From Candidatus Thorarchaeota archaeon (GTDB lineage Archaea > Asgardarchaeota > Thorarchaeia > Thorarchaeales > Thorarchaeaceae): 19,879 nucleotides of DNA. The stretch is from NCBI GenBank assembly GCA_048882045.1, contig JBHLRZ010000042.1, forward strand, positions 1-19,879, in the 5' to 3' direction. Position 1 is the stretch's first letter. Every line of letters starts with the position of its first letter. Below, piece after piece: positions 7,444 through 15,399 of the stretch. Below the pieces are notes generated by a model. That model made no database searches. It saw only the letters and a program-made list of their open reading frames with translations, and was not told the DNA's origin. Made by a program: the position numbers and the translations under genes.

Positions 7444-7971
7444 CTATCTGGCTGCACTGTAGAGGATTGCAGCTGTCGAGTCCAATACCGTGCCTGTTCC
7501 ATCCACTGGTTCACATCGTGAAACTGCAAAACAATCACTTGCTGAACTCATTATGCCCCTTGGCCCCTCTATCTTGAGTTTCATGAGAAACGCCACTGCA
7601 CGCGCAGTGGCACTGGTCCTACCTATAGGTTTCCTAGAATCTTTGTAGTGCGCAGCCACCAACCTCTCTACGAATCCAATCCGTTCCCAGAAAGTCGAAA
7701 CCTCTTGATGGAGCTTGAACGCCACAATGTCTCCTAACGAGTCGAGAACAAAGACGCCGCATGTGTTCTTTGGGATACTACCGACAATCACCTTGTGAAC
7801 GTTCTCGGTCAGAGTTGTCCTGCTGAGTGGTCCTCCGAACAATAGCGTTTCTCCCATTCGGACAATCGGAATTATCACGATGCCTGGATACGATAGTGGT
7901 TCCCCCAGACCAATGATATGTCCTCTAAGGATCTCATCGGCCACCGCCTGTACGCATCCGTTTTCACTCAC
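7444..7971 (-). CDS. Hypothetical protein, possibly a reduced ARPP-1/DUF6569-like protein
   Basis: LGEPLSYPGIVIIPI and CGVFVLDSLGDIVAFKLH resemble, from recollection, the N- and C-terminal parts of that family. GTG 7971 follows GGAGAGGAG (track start 7989). Confidence 0.45.
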   Translation of the reverse strand: MSENGCVQAVADEILRGHIIGLGEPLSYPGIVIIPIVRMGETLLFGGPLSRTTLTENVHKVIVGSIPKNTCGVFVLDSLGDIVAFKLHQEVSTFWERIGFVERLVAAHYKDSRKPIGRTSATARAVAFLMKLKIEGPRGIMSSASDCFAVSRCEPVDGTGTVLDSTAAILYSAAR

Positions 7972-8100
7972 TCTTTTTCTCCTCTCCACGAAAGGTTTGT
8001 AATAGTATTACATATTACATGAGCGCTAATAAACTCTTCCCTCCTCTAAATTCGCAAATTACATGTGACAAAATCTGTTTGAAGCGGCTGATGTCTTCAT

Positions 8101-8745
8101 CTAAGTCCTGGGGACAACGACATAAACTCCCCCGTAGTCTGATATCTGCTCATATACAACATAGAGACCTTGCCCCAGTATCATTGAATTGAACTCATCC
8201 GCAGCCCAATAGTATTCATAGTCGTCCCACTCACTAGCAAGTTTCTTTCGAGCCTCTGCTCTGGCTGAAATTGTTGGGAATGATACATCCCCCACAATAA
8301 TTCTCCCTCCTTCTGCAAGCAGTTCATCAGCAAGTCGTTTGACCACAGTGACCTTTCTTTCAAGAGTGAGGTGATGGAGAGTATATGCTGAAACAATACA
8401 GTCAAATCCTACTCTAAGCTCTGAAGGATACCTAGACTCAACATCGAGCTGAACCAGATGGGCATTTGGGACCTTCTTCCTAGCCTCTTCGAGCATCCTT
8501 GCAGAGTAGTCAATTCCCCATATCTCGCAGTCAAGTTCGACAAATCTCCGGGCTAGATTTCCAGTACCGATCCCCACATCGAGGATTTGCGATCCTGGTC
8601 TTGGATTTGCCAGCTGTACGATTCTGTTCAGGACGTTATCGTACCCTCTGAACGGAAAACTGTCTGAACCTATCGCAATCCAATAGTCATAGTTTGATGC
8701 CCATGAATCGAAAAGTTCAGGGGTTCTCTCAGGACTCATTATCAT
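8101..8745 (-). CDS. Class I SAM-dependent methyltransferase
   Basis: FDSWASNYD, ILDVGIGTGN, GIDYSARML, FDCIVSAYTLHHL, GGRIIVGD. Confidence 0.92.
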   Translation of the reverse strand: MIMSPERTPELFDSWASNYDYWIAIGSDSFPFRGYDNVLNRIVQLANPRPGSQILDVGIGTGNLARRFVELDCEIWGIDYSARMLEEARKKVPNAHLVQLDVESRYPSELRVGFDCIVSAYTLHHLTLERKVTVVKRLADELLAEGGRIIVGDVSFPTISARAEARKKLASEWDDYEYYWAADEFNSMILGQGLYVVYEQISDYGGVYVVVPRT

Positions 8746-8874
8746 AGGGAAAGGTAGGATTTCCAGATATAGTTAGTCGTAATTCCAAGTTTTGAAACCG
8801 ATTCAAATCTAGAGCTATCCTTTTGTAGCTAAATTGTATAGTATAGGAAGCGTAGAACCGGAGGTTGTTAGACA

Positions 8875-9102
8875 GTGTCTGTTGTCGTCATTGTCCTAAT
8901 ACAAGTAGAGGTTGGAAAAGCAGAAGCAGCGTTGAACCATGTTTCGAAAATCAGTGAAGTCACTCAGGCTCACATGGTGACTGGTCCCTATGATGTGATC
9001 GCATATGCTGAATTACCGGCAAAGAGCGGTTTCCGAAAACTGGTCGAATCTATCCATGATGCCCCTGGAGTCACAAGAACTGAAACCTGCATGGCCATCT
9101 AA
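8875..9102 (+). CDS. Stand-alone Lrp/AsnC ligand-binding (RAM) domain protein
   Basis: VLIQVEVGK, HMVTGPYDVIA, GVTRTETC; no HTH; GGAGGT SD before the GTG. Confidence 0.9.
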   Translation: MSVVVIVLIQVEVGKAEAALNHVSKISEVTQAHMVTGPYDVIAYAELPAKSGFRKLVESIHDAPGVTRTETCMAI

Positions 9103-9926
9103 TCCACAATCTTGAATCGACCAGCATCAGTGCGTTCCACTAGCCTCTCAGCCAAGAGCTGGTCAAGCACAGGTCCAACATCCCCGCATTGGATGTCTTC
9201 TGAGTTCAAGTAAGAAACGAGCTCATTTTGAGAGATGGGTTCAGAGTCAGTGAGAATGCGGATTATCGCACCTCGTAGTTGTCTTGTTGATCCCTTGAAC
9301 TTTGGTTGCCTAGTCAGAGGTGCTATATTTGTTGAACCAGAATCCAACACAAGCGATCCATAGTCCATCAATGCGTTGTGCCAGTCTCGAGAACGTCCTT
9401 TGGGGAGAAAGTCGTCCGCAACTCTCTGAAGTTCTCGATCTGACATATCCTCTGTAGCAAATCCTGATGCGATCAACACTCGACGAATATTGGTGTCAAC
9501 AGTAGCCAAGTCTTCATTGAAGGCAAAGATGAGAATCGATCTGGAAGTATAGGGACCGACTCCCTTGAGCTCTCTGAGTTCCTCGACAGTCCGAGGAAAC
9601 CCTCCTCTTTCAACAATCTGTTTTGCGGCATCTCTCAACCACATGGCTCGACGGTTGTATCCCAGACCACTCCAGACCTTGAGAAGTTCTTTTGCATCAG
9701 CTTCAGCAAGTGATTCGATAGTGGGATACCGTCGAAGGAATTCCAGATACTTGGGTACGACTCGGCTGACCTGTGTTTGCTGTAGCATCACCTCTGAAAC
9801 CAGTACATTATACGGACTACTATCACACCTCCACGGGAGGTCCCGCCCATTCTCATTCCACCAATTCATCACCTTGTTTTGGAAGGCTCGAATATCATCG
9901 ATACTGTAGCAGGTCATTGTTGACAC
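9099..9926 (-). CDS. mutY: A/G-specific adenine DNA glycosylase (HhH-GPD, MutY-like) lacking the [4Fe-4S] motif
   Basis: RDLPWR, SEVMLQQTQV (catalytic Glu), WSGLGYNRRA, HhH LKGVGPYT, VDTN (catalytic Asp), NALMDYG and FKGSTRQLRG followed by a wHTH-like tail. Confidence 0.88.
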   Translation of the reverse strand: MSTMTCYSIDDIRAFQNKVMNWWNENGRDLPWRCDSSPYNVLVSEVMLQQTQVSRVVPKYLEFLRRYPTIESLAEADAKELLKVWSGLGYNRRAMWLRDAAKQIVERGGFPRTVEELRELKGVGPYTSRSILIFAFNEDLATVDTNIRRVLIASGFATEDMSDRELQRVADDFLPKGRSRDWHNALMDYGSLVLDSGSTNIAPLTRQPKFKGSTRQLRGAIIRILTDSEPISQNELVSYLNSEDIQCGDVGPVLDQLLAERLVERTDAGRFKIVD

Positions 9927-9980
9927 AATCCATGAGAAACTAATAATTGTCTTTGTTTACTGGAAAAACTCCGACATCTC

Positions 9981-11264
9981 ATGGATCCGAACATCGATGA
10001 CAACACGAATGCGGTTCCTTTCACGGCTCGACTCCTCGCTCATTATCGAGCTGAAGAAACAAAAAGAAAGGTCCCTCTCATCTTTGATCCCTTTGCTGAA
10101 CGACTTGCAGGTGATCTGAGTTCATATTTCAAAAAACACAAGCGAACAAAGGGTACAGGTGACTATGGTGTCGTTCGCACTTACTACATTGATGAGAAGG
10201 TCTTGAAACCTTGGTGTGATAGCAAAAAGAAGTCACAGATTGTCATTCTCGGGGCTGGACTTGATGCGCGTGCATATCGATTTTCACCGCTAAAAGATGG
10301 TGAACACACTGTCTTTGAGGTCGACTTCAATGTTGTGAACCAATACAAAGAAGAGATTCTCAAGGGCGAGAAGCCATTGTGCAAGCTCATCCGTCTATCA
10401 GCAGACCTAGCGAATCCCCAATGGATCTACGACCTTCAGGAGAACGGATACTCGAGAAAGTTGCCGACCCTCTGGATACTCGAAGGTCTCGCCTACTATC
10501 TTGAACGAAACATAGTGGTATCCATTCTCCAGAATGCGACAAAGAACTGTGTCATGGGAAGTCGAATCTTCGTTGATGTCTGTGTTCCCGGACTGACTGA
10601 GGCGGACTTTGGGCCTTTCATGGCTCACTTCAAATGGGGTCTAAACCAACACGAGGTAGCTGAATTCTTCAGGAAGTCAGGATGGACGGTCACATCATCA
10701 TATGCAGACGACCATGATCAAGGACGCGATGTTGGACAGAGGGGGCTCATTTTCGTACGGGGCTACTCTGACCCAACCAAGCTTGAGCTGGAAAGGCCGC
10801 CTATCGAAAAACCACCTGAGGATGAGGTTCTCAGAATTACTGACCCTGCACTCCAAGAATATGCTTCAAGATTCCTCAAGGAAATCACACCGACTGTCCA
10901 CTCATTGGTTGAACTCTATCAGCAGTCCCATGAAGAAGGTTTCAAGGTCTATCACAAATTTGTAGAGGAAGTCAGACCATCAGTCCAGAAGATTGTACGA
11001 GGGTTTGCGAACATTCTCTCTGTGGGTCATATCTCCTCAAGACTGCTCACGGACCCTCTAACAGCCACAATTGAAACACCTGAGGAAAAAGAGGCGCATA
11101 TTGTGGGCTATCTAAAAGCAGTTCTCTATCTGGCTTACTGTGGAATCAAGGGAATTGAAGGAGAGCAGTTCAGCAATACCAGACTGAATGAGGACAGTCA
11201 GAAGATACAGCAAATTTCTGAAATTCCAGCATTGATTGAAGCCATTGACAAGGAAATCGGGTGA
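9981..11264 (+). CDS. LCM-like (leucine carboxyl methyltransferase fold, YktD-type) SAM methyltransferase with an extra C-terminal helical region
   Basis: TARLLAHYRAEE, DPFAERLAG, VRTYYID, QIVILGAGLDARAYR, VFEVD, LSADL, PTLWILEGLAYYL, then about 160 additional residues. Confidence 0.85.
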   Translation: MDPNIDDNTNAVPFTARLLAHYRAEETKRKVPLIFDPFAERLAGDLSSYFKKHKRTKGTGDYGVVRTYYIDEKVLKPWCDSKKKSQIVILGAGLDARAYRFSPLKDGEHTVFEVDFNVVNQYKEEILKGEKPLCKLIRLSADLANPQWIYDLQENGYSRKLPTLWILEGLAYYLERNIVVSILQNATKNCVMGSRIFVDVCVPGLTEADFGPFMAHFKWGLNQHEVAEFFRKSGWTVTSSYADDHDQGRDVGQRGLIFVRGYSDPTKLELERPPIEKPPEDEVLRITDPALQEYASRFLKEITPTVHSLVELYQQSHEEGFKVYHKFVEEVRPSVQKIVRGFANILSVGHISSRLLTDPLTATIETPEEKEAHIVGYLKAVLYLAYCGIKGIEGEQFSNTRLNEDSQKIQQISEIPALIEAIDKEIG

Positions 11265-11270
11265 TCAATA

Positions 11271-11651
11271 TTGACATGTTTGAAGATATATGTTGCAGGA
11301 CCATATACTGGTGTCACGTTGGAAGAGATTGAAGCAAATGTCGAGAGGGCGATGGAGGCGGGACTCAAGATATGGAAGAAGGGTCACTATCCCTACATTC
11401 CACACCTTACCCACTGGCCTGACCTTCTAGCACAGGAGAAAAGGATACCGATGGACTGGTATGACTACATGAGGTGGCATGCACCCTGGGTGGACCACTG
11501 TGATGCACTTTTCCTGCTTGCAGAGTCTAAGGGTGCTCTCCTGGAATATGAGAGAGCGATGGAGGAAGGCAAACAAGTGTTTCATTCTCTCGATGAGATC
11601 CCGACAGTCGAGAGATCTGCAACATGGGCTGACCGTCACTTGGATGAATGA
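11271..11651 (+). CDS. DUF4406/DUF1937-like protein (nucleoside 2-deoxyribosyltransferase-like fold)
   Basis: KIYVAGPYTG, GHYPYIPH, CDALFLL, SKGALLE. TTG start 6 nt after a GGTGA that overlaps the upstream stop. Confidence 0.75.
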   Translation: MTCLKIYVAGPYTGVTLEEIEANVERAMEAGLKIWKKGHYPYIPHLTHWPDLLAQEKRIPMDWYDYMRWHAPWVDHCDALFLLAESKGALLEYERAMEEGKQVFHSLDEIPTVERSATWADRHLDE

Positions 11652-11678
11652 AAAAGAGAGGAGGGTTTCCCCTCCCCC
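11651..11678 (-). terminator. Hairpin plus U-tract terminator downstream of the Kelch gene, between convergent genes
   Basis: The minus strand reads GGGGGAGGG-GAAA-CCCTCCTCT-CTTTTT, a 9-bp stem including two G-U pairs. Confidence 0.65.
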
Positions 11679-11687
11679 ACCAATTAC

Positions 11688-12809
11688 TCAGCGCTTTTTC
11701 ATGAATACAACAAGAACTATGATGACAATTCCCACTGCAGCCCCATAGAGAACCAGTGTCCAATCAGGATTGCCATCACCAGCTGTTGTTTCCCCAGACG
11801 ATGAAAATGACCAAGTGTCGTTTAGTCTTTCATCAAATCGTCCTGGACCTAGTCCGCCAAAGAGCACCGTTACGTCCGAGTTGTGGTCGTACACGAGCAA
11901 ACCTCTAGTGCGAAGACCAGGTGATGTAGTAACAGTATATTCAGCCCAAATGTTGTTATTGTAGTCATAGGCCCATGTTTCGTTGCATAATTGTGTTTCA
12001 TCAAAATCTTTGGATCCAACATAGGTGATACATAAATCCTCTTCAGCATCATATACAAAACCGTCAGGCCAAGCACCAGGATTCATACTCGGGTTCATAT
12101 TCTCCCATGTGTTCGTGTTATAGTCATACGCCCATGTGTCTGTGAAAACGTCTGGATAACACCCTGAGAAGAGAATGATCCTGTCACTCTCTGAATCATA
12201 GGCCATGACCGAGTAGAAACGAGATGAAGGTGCCGAAGAGGGTTCCATGTTCTCCCATGTGTTTGTATCATAATCAAACGCCCACGTGTCCCCGGTTGTC
12301 CCAGTAGTAGCCAGTACTCCTCCGAAGAGTATGATCCTGTCTGACTCTACATCATACGCCATTGCACCGTATCGACGTAAAGGAGGCATTACTGGGGGAT
12401 GAAGATTTGTCCATGTGTTTGTATTGTAGTCGTAACTCCAAGTGTCGTTCAAATGCTCATCCACATCAACTGCTCCACTGTATAGAATGACTCTGTCAGA
12501 TTTTGAGTCATACGCCATCTGAGCAAATGCTCTTGCTGGAGGTGCTACCGAGGGTGACTTGTTTGTCCAAGTATCTGTGTCATATCTGTAGGACCATGTT
12601 TCATTGTACCTGTTTCCTTCTGCGGCTCCTCCGAACAAGATGGCAACATCTGACTCATTGTCAAATACCAAAGAAGGGTCTACCATTGCCCGGGGTGCGC
12701 TTACAGGACTCATCTTGGTCCAGGTTCCTTCAATTGCAACAACTGGGACCTGAAGCACAGCCACAATCAGCACTGCAAGTACGACTGCTTGTACTATTCT
12801 CTTTTTCAT
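11688..12809 (-). CDS. Membrane-anchored Kelch-repeat beta-propeller surface protein
   Basis: Signal peptide MKKRIVQAVVLAVLIVAVL, six Kelch repeats (LFGG...DTWxYDYxTNTW), C-terminal TM helix and KKR. ATG 12809 follows GGAGTGA (track start GTG 12818). Confidence 0.88.
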   Translation of the reverse strand: MKKRIVQAVVLAVLIVAVLQVPVVAIEGTWTKMSPVSAPRAMVDPSLVFDNESDVAILFGGAAEGNRYNETWSYRYDTDTWTNKSPSVAPPARAFAQMAYDSKSDRVILYSGAVDVDEHLNDTWSYDYNTNTWTNLHPPVMPPLRRYGAMAYDVESDRIILFGGVLATTGTTGDTWAFDYDTNTWENMEPSSAPSSRFYSVMAYDSESDRIILFSGCYPDVFTDTWAYDYNTNTWENMNPSMNPGAWPDGFVYDAEEDLCITYVGSKDFDETQLCNETWAYDYNNNIWAEYTVTTSPGLRTRGLLVYDHNSDVTVLFGGLGPGRFDERLNDTWSFSSSGETTAGDGNPDWTLVLYGAAVGIVIIVLVVFMKKR

Positions 12810-12842
12810 TTTTTTCACTCCTAACCTATTCTTTGTACTTCA

Positions 12843-14186
12843 TCAGGTCAAGAGCTCTCGAGTGATTGCGATAATCTCAGAGTCTGTTTTACCATGTAGA
12901 GTGGTTGGTGTAGCCTCAGTAGACACTTTTCCGGTGATAACGAAGTCCCCATCGCTGCAACCAGTCATCATGAATCCATGCTGTGATTGAACTCCAGCAT
13001 ACCCTATGCCCCACAATAGAACACCCTCTGAGTCTGTTCTGCCAAGCCAGAGATTATTATCCGCTGGGTCGTCTGAATACCGATCTTGACCAGCGATGGC
13101 AAACCCTCCATCATTGCATTCTATCACTGAAATCCCTCTGTCTAGATGAGTGCCACCATAGTCTCCATCCCACAGGAAGTTCCCCTCTGAGTCTGTGCGA
13201 ACCAGATAGACAACACTTTCCCAATCCATCTGAGTTCCTATGATGGCAAACCCTCCATCACTACATTCTGTAGCAGACCATCCTCGCTCAGAACCGAATG
13301 TGCCATAGGTCTTGTTCCACAAGTGAGTCCCCTGTGAGTCAGTCCGGACCACCCACACATCCTTCGCACCGATTCCATAAGATTCAGTCCATCCGACAAG
13401 CAGAAAACCACCATCTCCACATCTGATTAAAGAATTGGCTTCATCGACAAAAAATCCGCCAAACTCCCTGTCCCAGATTACTTCCCCTTCGCTGTCAATG
13501 CGTACTAACCACATATTTTCGTCCTTAGCACCTGCGATAGCAAAACCACCATCATCACAGACTACAATAGACCGACCATTGACTGATGTGGATGAATCTT
13601 CTCCTATGACTTTCATCCATCGCTGATTTCCCCACTCGTCAATCTTGACGAGAATAATGTCAAGCTCTCCTGAACCAAAGCTATCAGTCTCACCCACGAA
13701 TACAAATCCATAGCTGCATTCAGCTATGTCATAGCACTCCTCCCATCCTGTATCTCCATATGACTGGTTCCACACAAGGTAGCCTTGGTGATCAGTACGT
13801 ACAATCCACATGTCGGTATTTCCAGAACCAAAGCTGTCCGTGGCTCCAGCAATGACGAACCCGCCATCCGAACAAAGATGAACCGTATGACCTACATCAA
13901 CAAGGTTGCCTCCGTAGGCATAGTCCCATTGTATGTTCCCGTTCTGATCCACTCTGAGTAGATACATGTTTTCACCCAGCTTAGGGGATGGCGGGAAGAT
14001 TGGAATCCAAAATGAGCCAACAGGTGGAGCAATAAGAACAAAGACATTCGTTACAAGCATCATAGTCAATCCGACACTCATGACTCGGGAAAAAAGGCCT
14101 CCCTGACCTCCTCTCTTCCGAGGAACAGGTGGAATCGGACATGCTTCTAGGCCTTTGCCTATGCCTCCGCTGGTTCCTTGACCCAT
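12843..14186 (-). CDS. Seven-repeat beta-propeller protein with an N-terminal hydrophobic segment
   Basis: Seven repeats of type C-x-DGGFxIxG...WxVRTDxxG...W..xYG and a hydrophobic stretch [19 protein letters not shown]. Overlaps the upstream gene by 28 nt, so the start is uncertain. Confidence 0.78.
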   Translation of the reverse strand: MGQGTSGGIGKGLEACPIPPVPRKRGGQGGLFSRVMSVGLTMMLVTNVFVLIAPPVGSFWIPIFPPSPKLGENMYLLRVDQNGNIQWDYAYGGNLVDVGHTVHLCSDGGFVIAGATDSFGSGNTDMWIVRTDHQGYLVWNQSYGDTGWEECYDIAECSYGFVFVGETDSFGSGELDIILVKIDEWGNQRWMKVIGEDSSTSVNGRSIVVCDDGGFAIAGAKDENMWLVRIDSEGEVIWDREFGGFFVDEANSLIRCGDGGFLLVGWTESYGIGAKDVWVVRTDSQGTHLWNKTYGTFGSERGWSATECSDGGFAIIGTQMDWESVVYLVRTDSEGNFLWDGDYGGTHLDRGISVIECNDGGFAIAGQDRYSDDPADNNLWLGRTDSEGVLLWGIGYAGVQSQHGFMMTGCSDGDFVITGKVSTEATPTTLHGKTDSEIIAITRELLT

Positions 14187-14650
14187 TTCAACCGCCTCAT
14201 TATCGTATCGAACAGGTATATTGAAAGGTCAGTTGGAGGTCTGCCGTCTGGGACTGGAATCTTCCATTCCTCAGCGAGCTGTTGAAGTGTGTCAGTGCAT
14301 TGGTCGATCTGGTCGCAAGTTCCACAGTTACCCGTGTGAGCGAACCAGGTCTGGATACCGATTTTAGGTGAGTAGAGTATGTATGTTTGAGTGTCATATG
14401 CTGGACAATACCCAACAGCAATACCATAGTATGTGCTGATGTGTCTAATCTTGATTCGGTTTATCGATGCAGCATGGCGAAGTAGTTTGTTAATTCGTGA
14501 TTCTGCTATTCTTTGAGCCTTACTGATGAAAGGTCTTGAAACGTTCAATTCATCAGCGATCTCAAAGGGACGTACCTTCTGTTTCCTCTTGAGCCAGATG
14601 ATTCCCTGTTGAGTTGTTGGATATCGCAGGGACTTGAACGTCTTAGACAC
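14159..14650 (-). CDS. HTH transcriptional regulator with a C-terminal H-x3-C-x2-C-x5-C metal-binding motif
   Basis: [19 protein letters not shown] and [17 protein letters not shown]. Start is either GTG 14650 or ACG 14641 (see findings). Confidence 0.78.
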   Translation of the reverse strand: MSKTFKSLRYPTTQQGIIWLKRKQKVRPFEIADELNVSRPFISKAQRIAESRINKLLRHAASINRIKIRHISTYYGIAVGYCPAYDTQTYILYSPKIGIQTWFAHTGNCGTCDQIDQCTDTLQQLAEEWKIPVPDGRPPTDLSIYLFDTIMRRLKWVKEPAEA

Positions 14651-14666
14651 CTCCTAAACATTCGAG

Positions 14667-14738
14667 AGTTAACCTGATTAAGGCAACTAATATTAAACTT
14701 CCGTTTTATTAATAAGTTAACCGGTTTTGGGTTAATTA
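14667..14738. promoter_or_regulatory. Divergent promoter with repeated AGTTAACC and a TTAACC-N7-GGTTAA dyad
   Basis: AGTTAACC at 14667-14674 and 14715-14722, GGTTAA at 14730-14735, and the symmetric TATA-like TTATTAATAA at 14706-14715. Confidence 0.5.
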
Positions 14739-14817
14739 TCCGTTTCACACCTTTATGGTAAGAATTATCAATCAATCTGAGAGCCCGCCCCTCAAATCAC
14801 CCTGGGGTTGAATCTAC

Positions 14818-15333
14818 CTGTCTGACATTGAAAAGAAGAAAGAGGCCGCTCGCAAACGTGCAAAGTCCGTGAGGGACAATGCTAGATGGGCAAGACGTCA
14901 TGGGACTTCTCGTCAGCTGACCCCAGGAGTAAAAGTCGTTGGAAGTCCTCTGTTAGATGGACCGAAGGAGAAGTCCTCCGAACCTGACGAAGATGATTCC
15001 CTTGAGGAGCTGGTCACATCATATGTCCTAGGAAAAGGTGGAATTAGGATCACTGAACAGACAACTGTTTCTACCGTCTATAGCAAATCTGACAGTGATG
15101 ATGTGTCTGAGGTAATCATCGCTCGCATCCTTGGCCCTGACGAGAAATGGGGACTCGAACGGAACTTCTTTTTCCGCGGACGAAAGTCTATCTATGCCCA
15201 TCGCTTGCCAGATGGTACTGTAATCGAGGTGGGTCTGCAGAGCTATTCTGGATACGTGAGTCGAACCTACTACATCGTAGATGGGAACGAGTTTCGAGCT
15301 TTCGCGCAGTATAACTTCCGCAGGACTGACTGA
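14818..15333 (+). CDS. Hypothetical protein: basic N-terminal helix, acidic linker, beta-rich C-terminal domain
   Basis: The track ORF starts at GTG 14869, but the frame is open back to CTG 14818 (SDIEKKKEAARKRAKS), 6 nt after GGGGTTGA. Confidence 0.65.
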   Translation: MSDIEKKKEAARKRAKSVRDNARWARRHGTSRQLTPGVKVVGSPLLDGPKEKSSEPDEDDSLEELVTSYVLGKGGIRITEQTTVSTVYSKSDSDDVSEVIIARILGPDEKWGLERNFFFRGRKSIYAHRLPDGTVIEVGLQSYSGYVSRTYYIVDGNEFRAFAQYNFRRTD

Positions 15334-15399
15334 GGATTTTTACTAAGTCTTATATCGAGCTATGAAATTGGACTCTTAAATGACGGATTAGTGAGGCCA

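Noticed and set aside
7272-7538. 88-aa minus-strand ORF
   Set aside because: It overlaps the 7444 gene out of frame and runs into the TetR operator; it has no motif.
8791-8830. Short inverted repeats TTTGAA-N5-TTCAAA and AGCTA-N8-TAGCT
   Set aside because: The arms are too short to distinguish from chance in an AT-rich promoter, and the adjacent Lrp-domain protein has no HTH.
11800-12620. Recurring DNA motifs such as CCATGTGTT and TAGTCATA as a CRISPR array or DNA repeat
   Set aside because: They are degenerate, in-frame consequences of the Kelch protein repeats, not identical repeats with spacers.
9981-12818. LCM methyltransferase next to a Kelch gene as a split TYW4/LCMT2 (LCM + Kelch) ancestor
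   Set aside because: The genes are convergent and separated by another gene and a terminator. The Kelch protein has a signal peptide and TM anchor, so it would be in a different compartment.
14755-14820. Selenocysteine read-through of TGA 14809 from ATG 14755
   Set aside because: There is no redox-motif context and I identified no SECIS. The TGA is better explained as part of the SD-like GGGGTTGA before CTG 14818.
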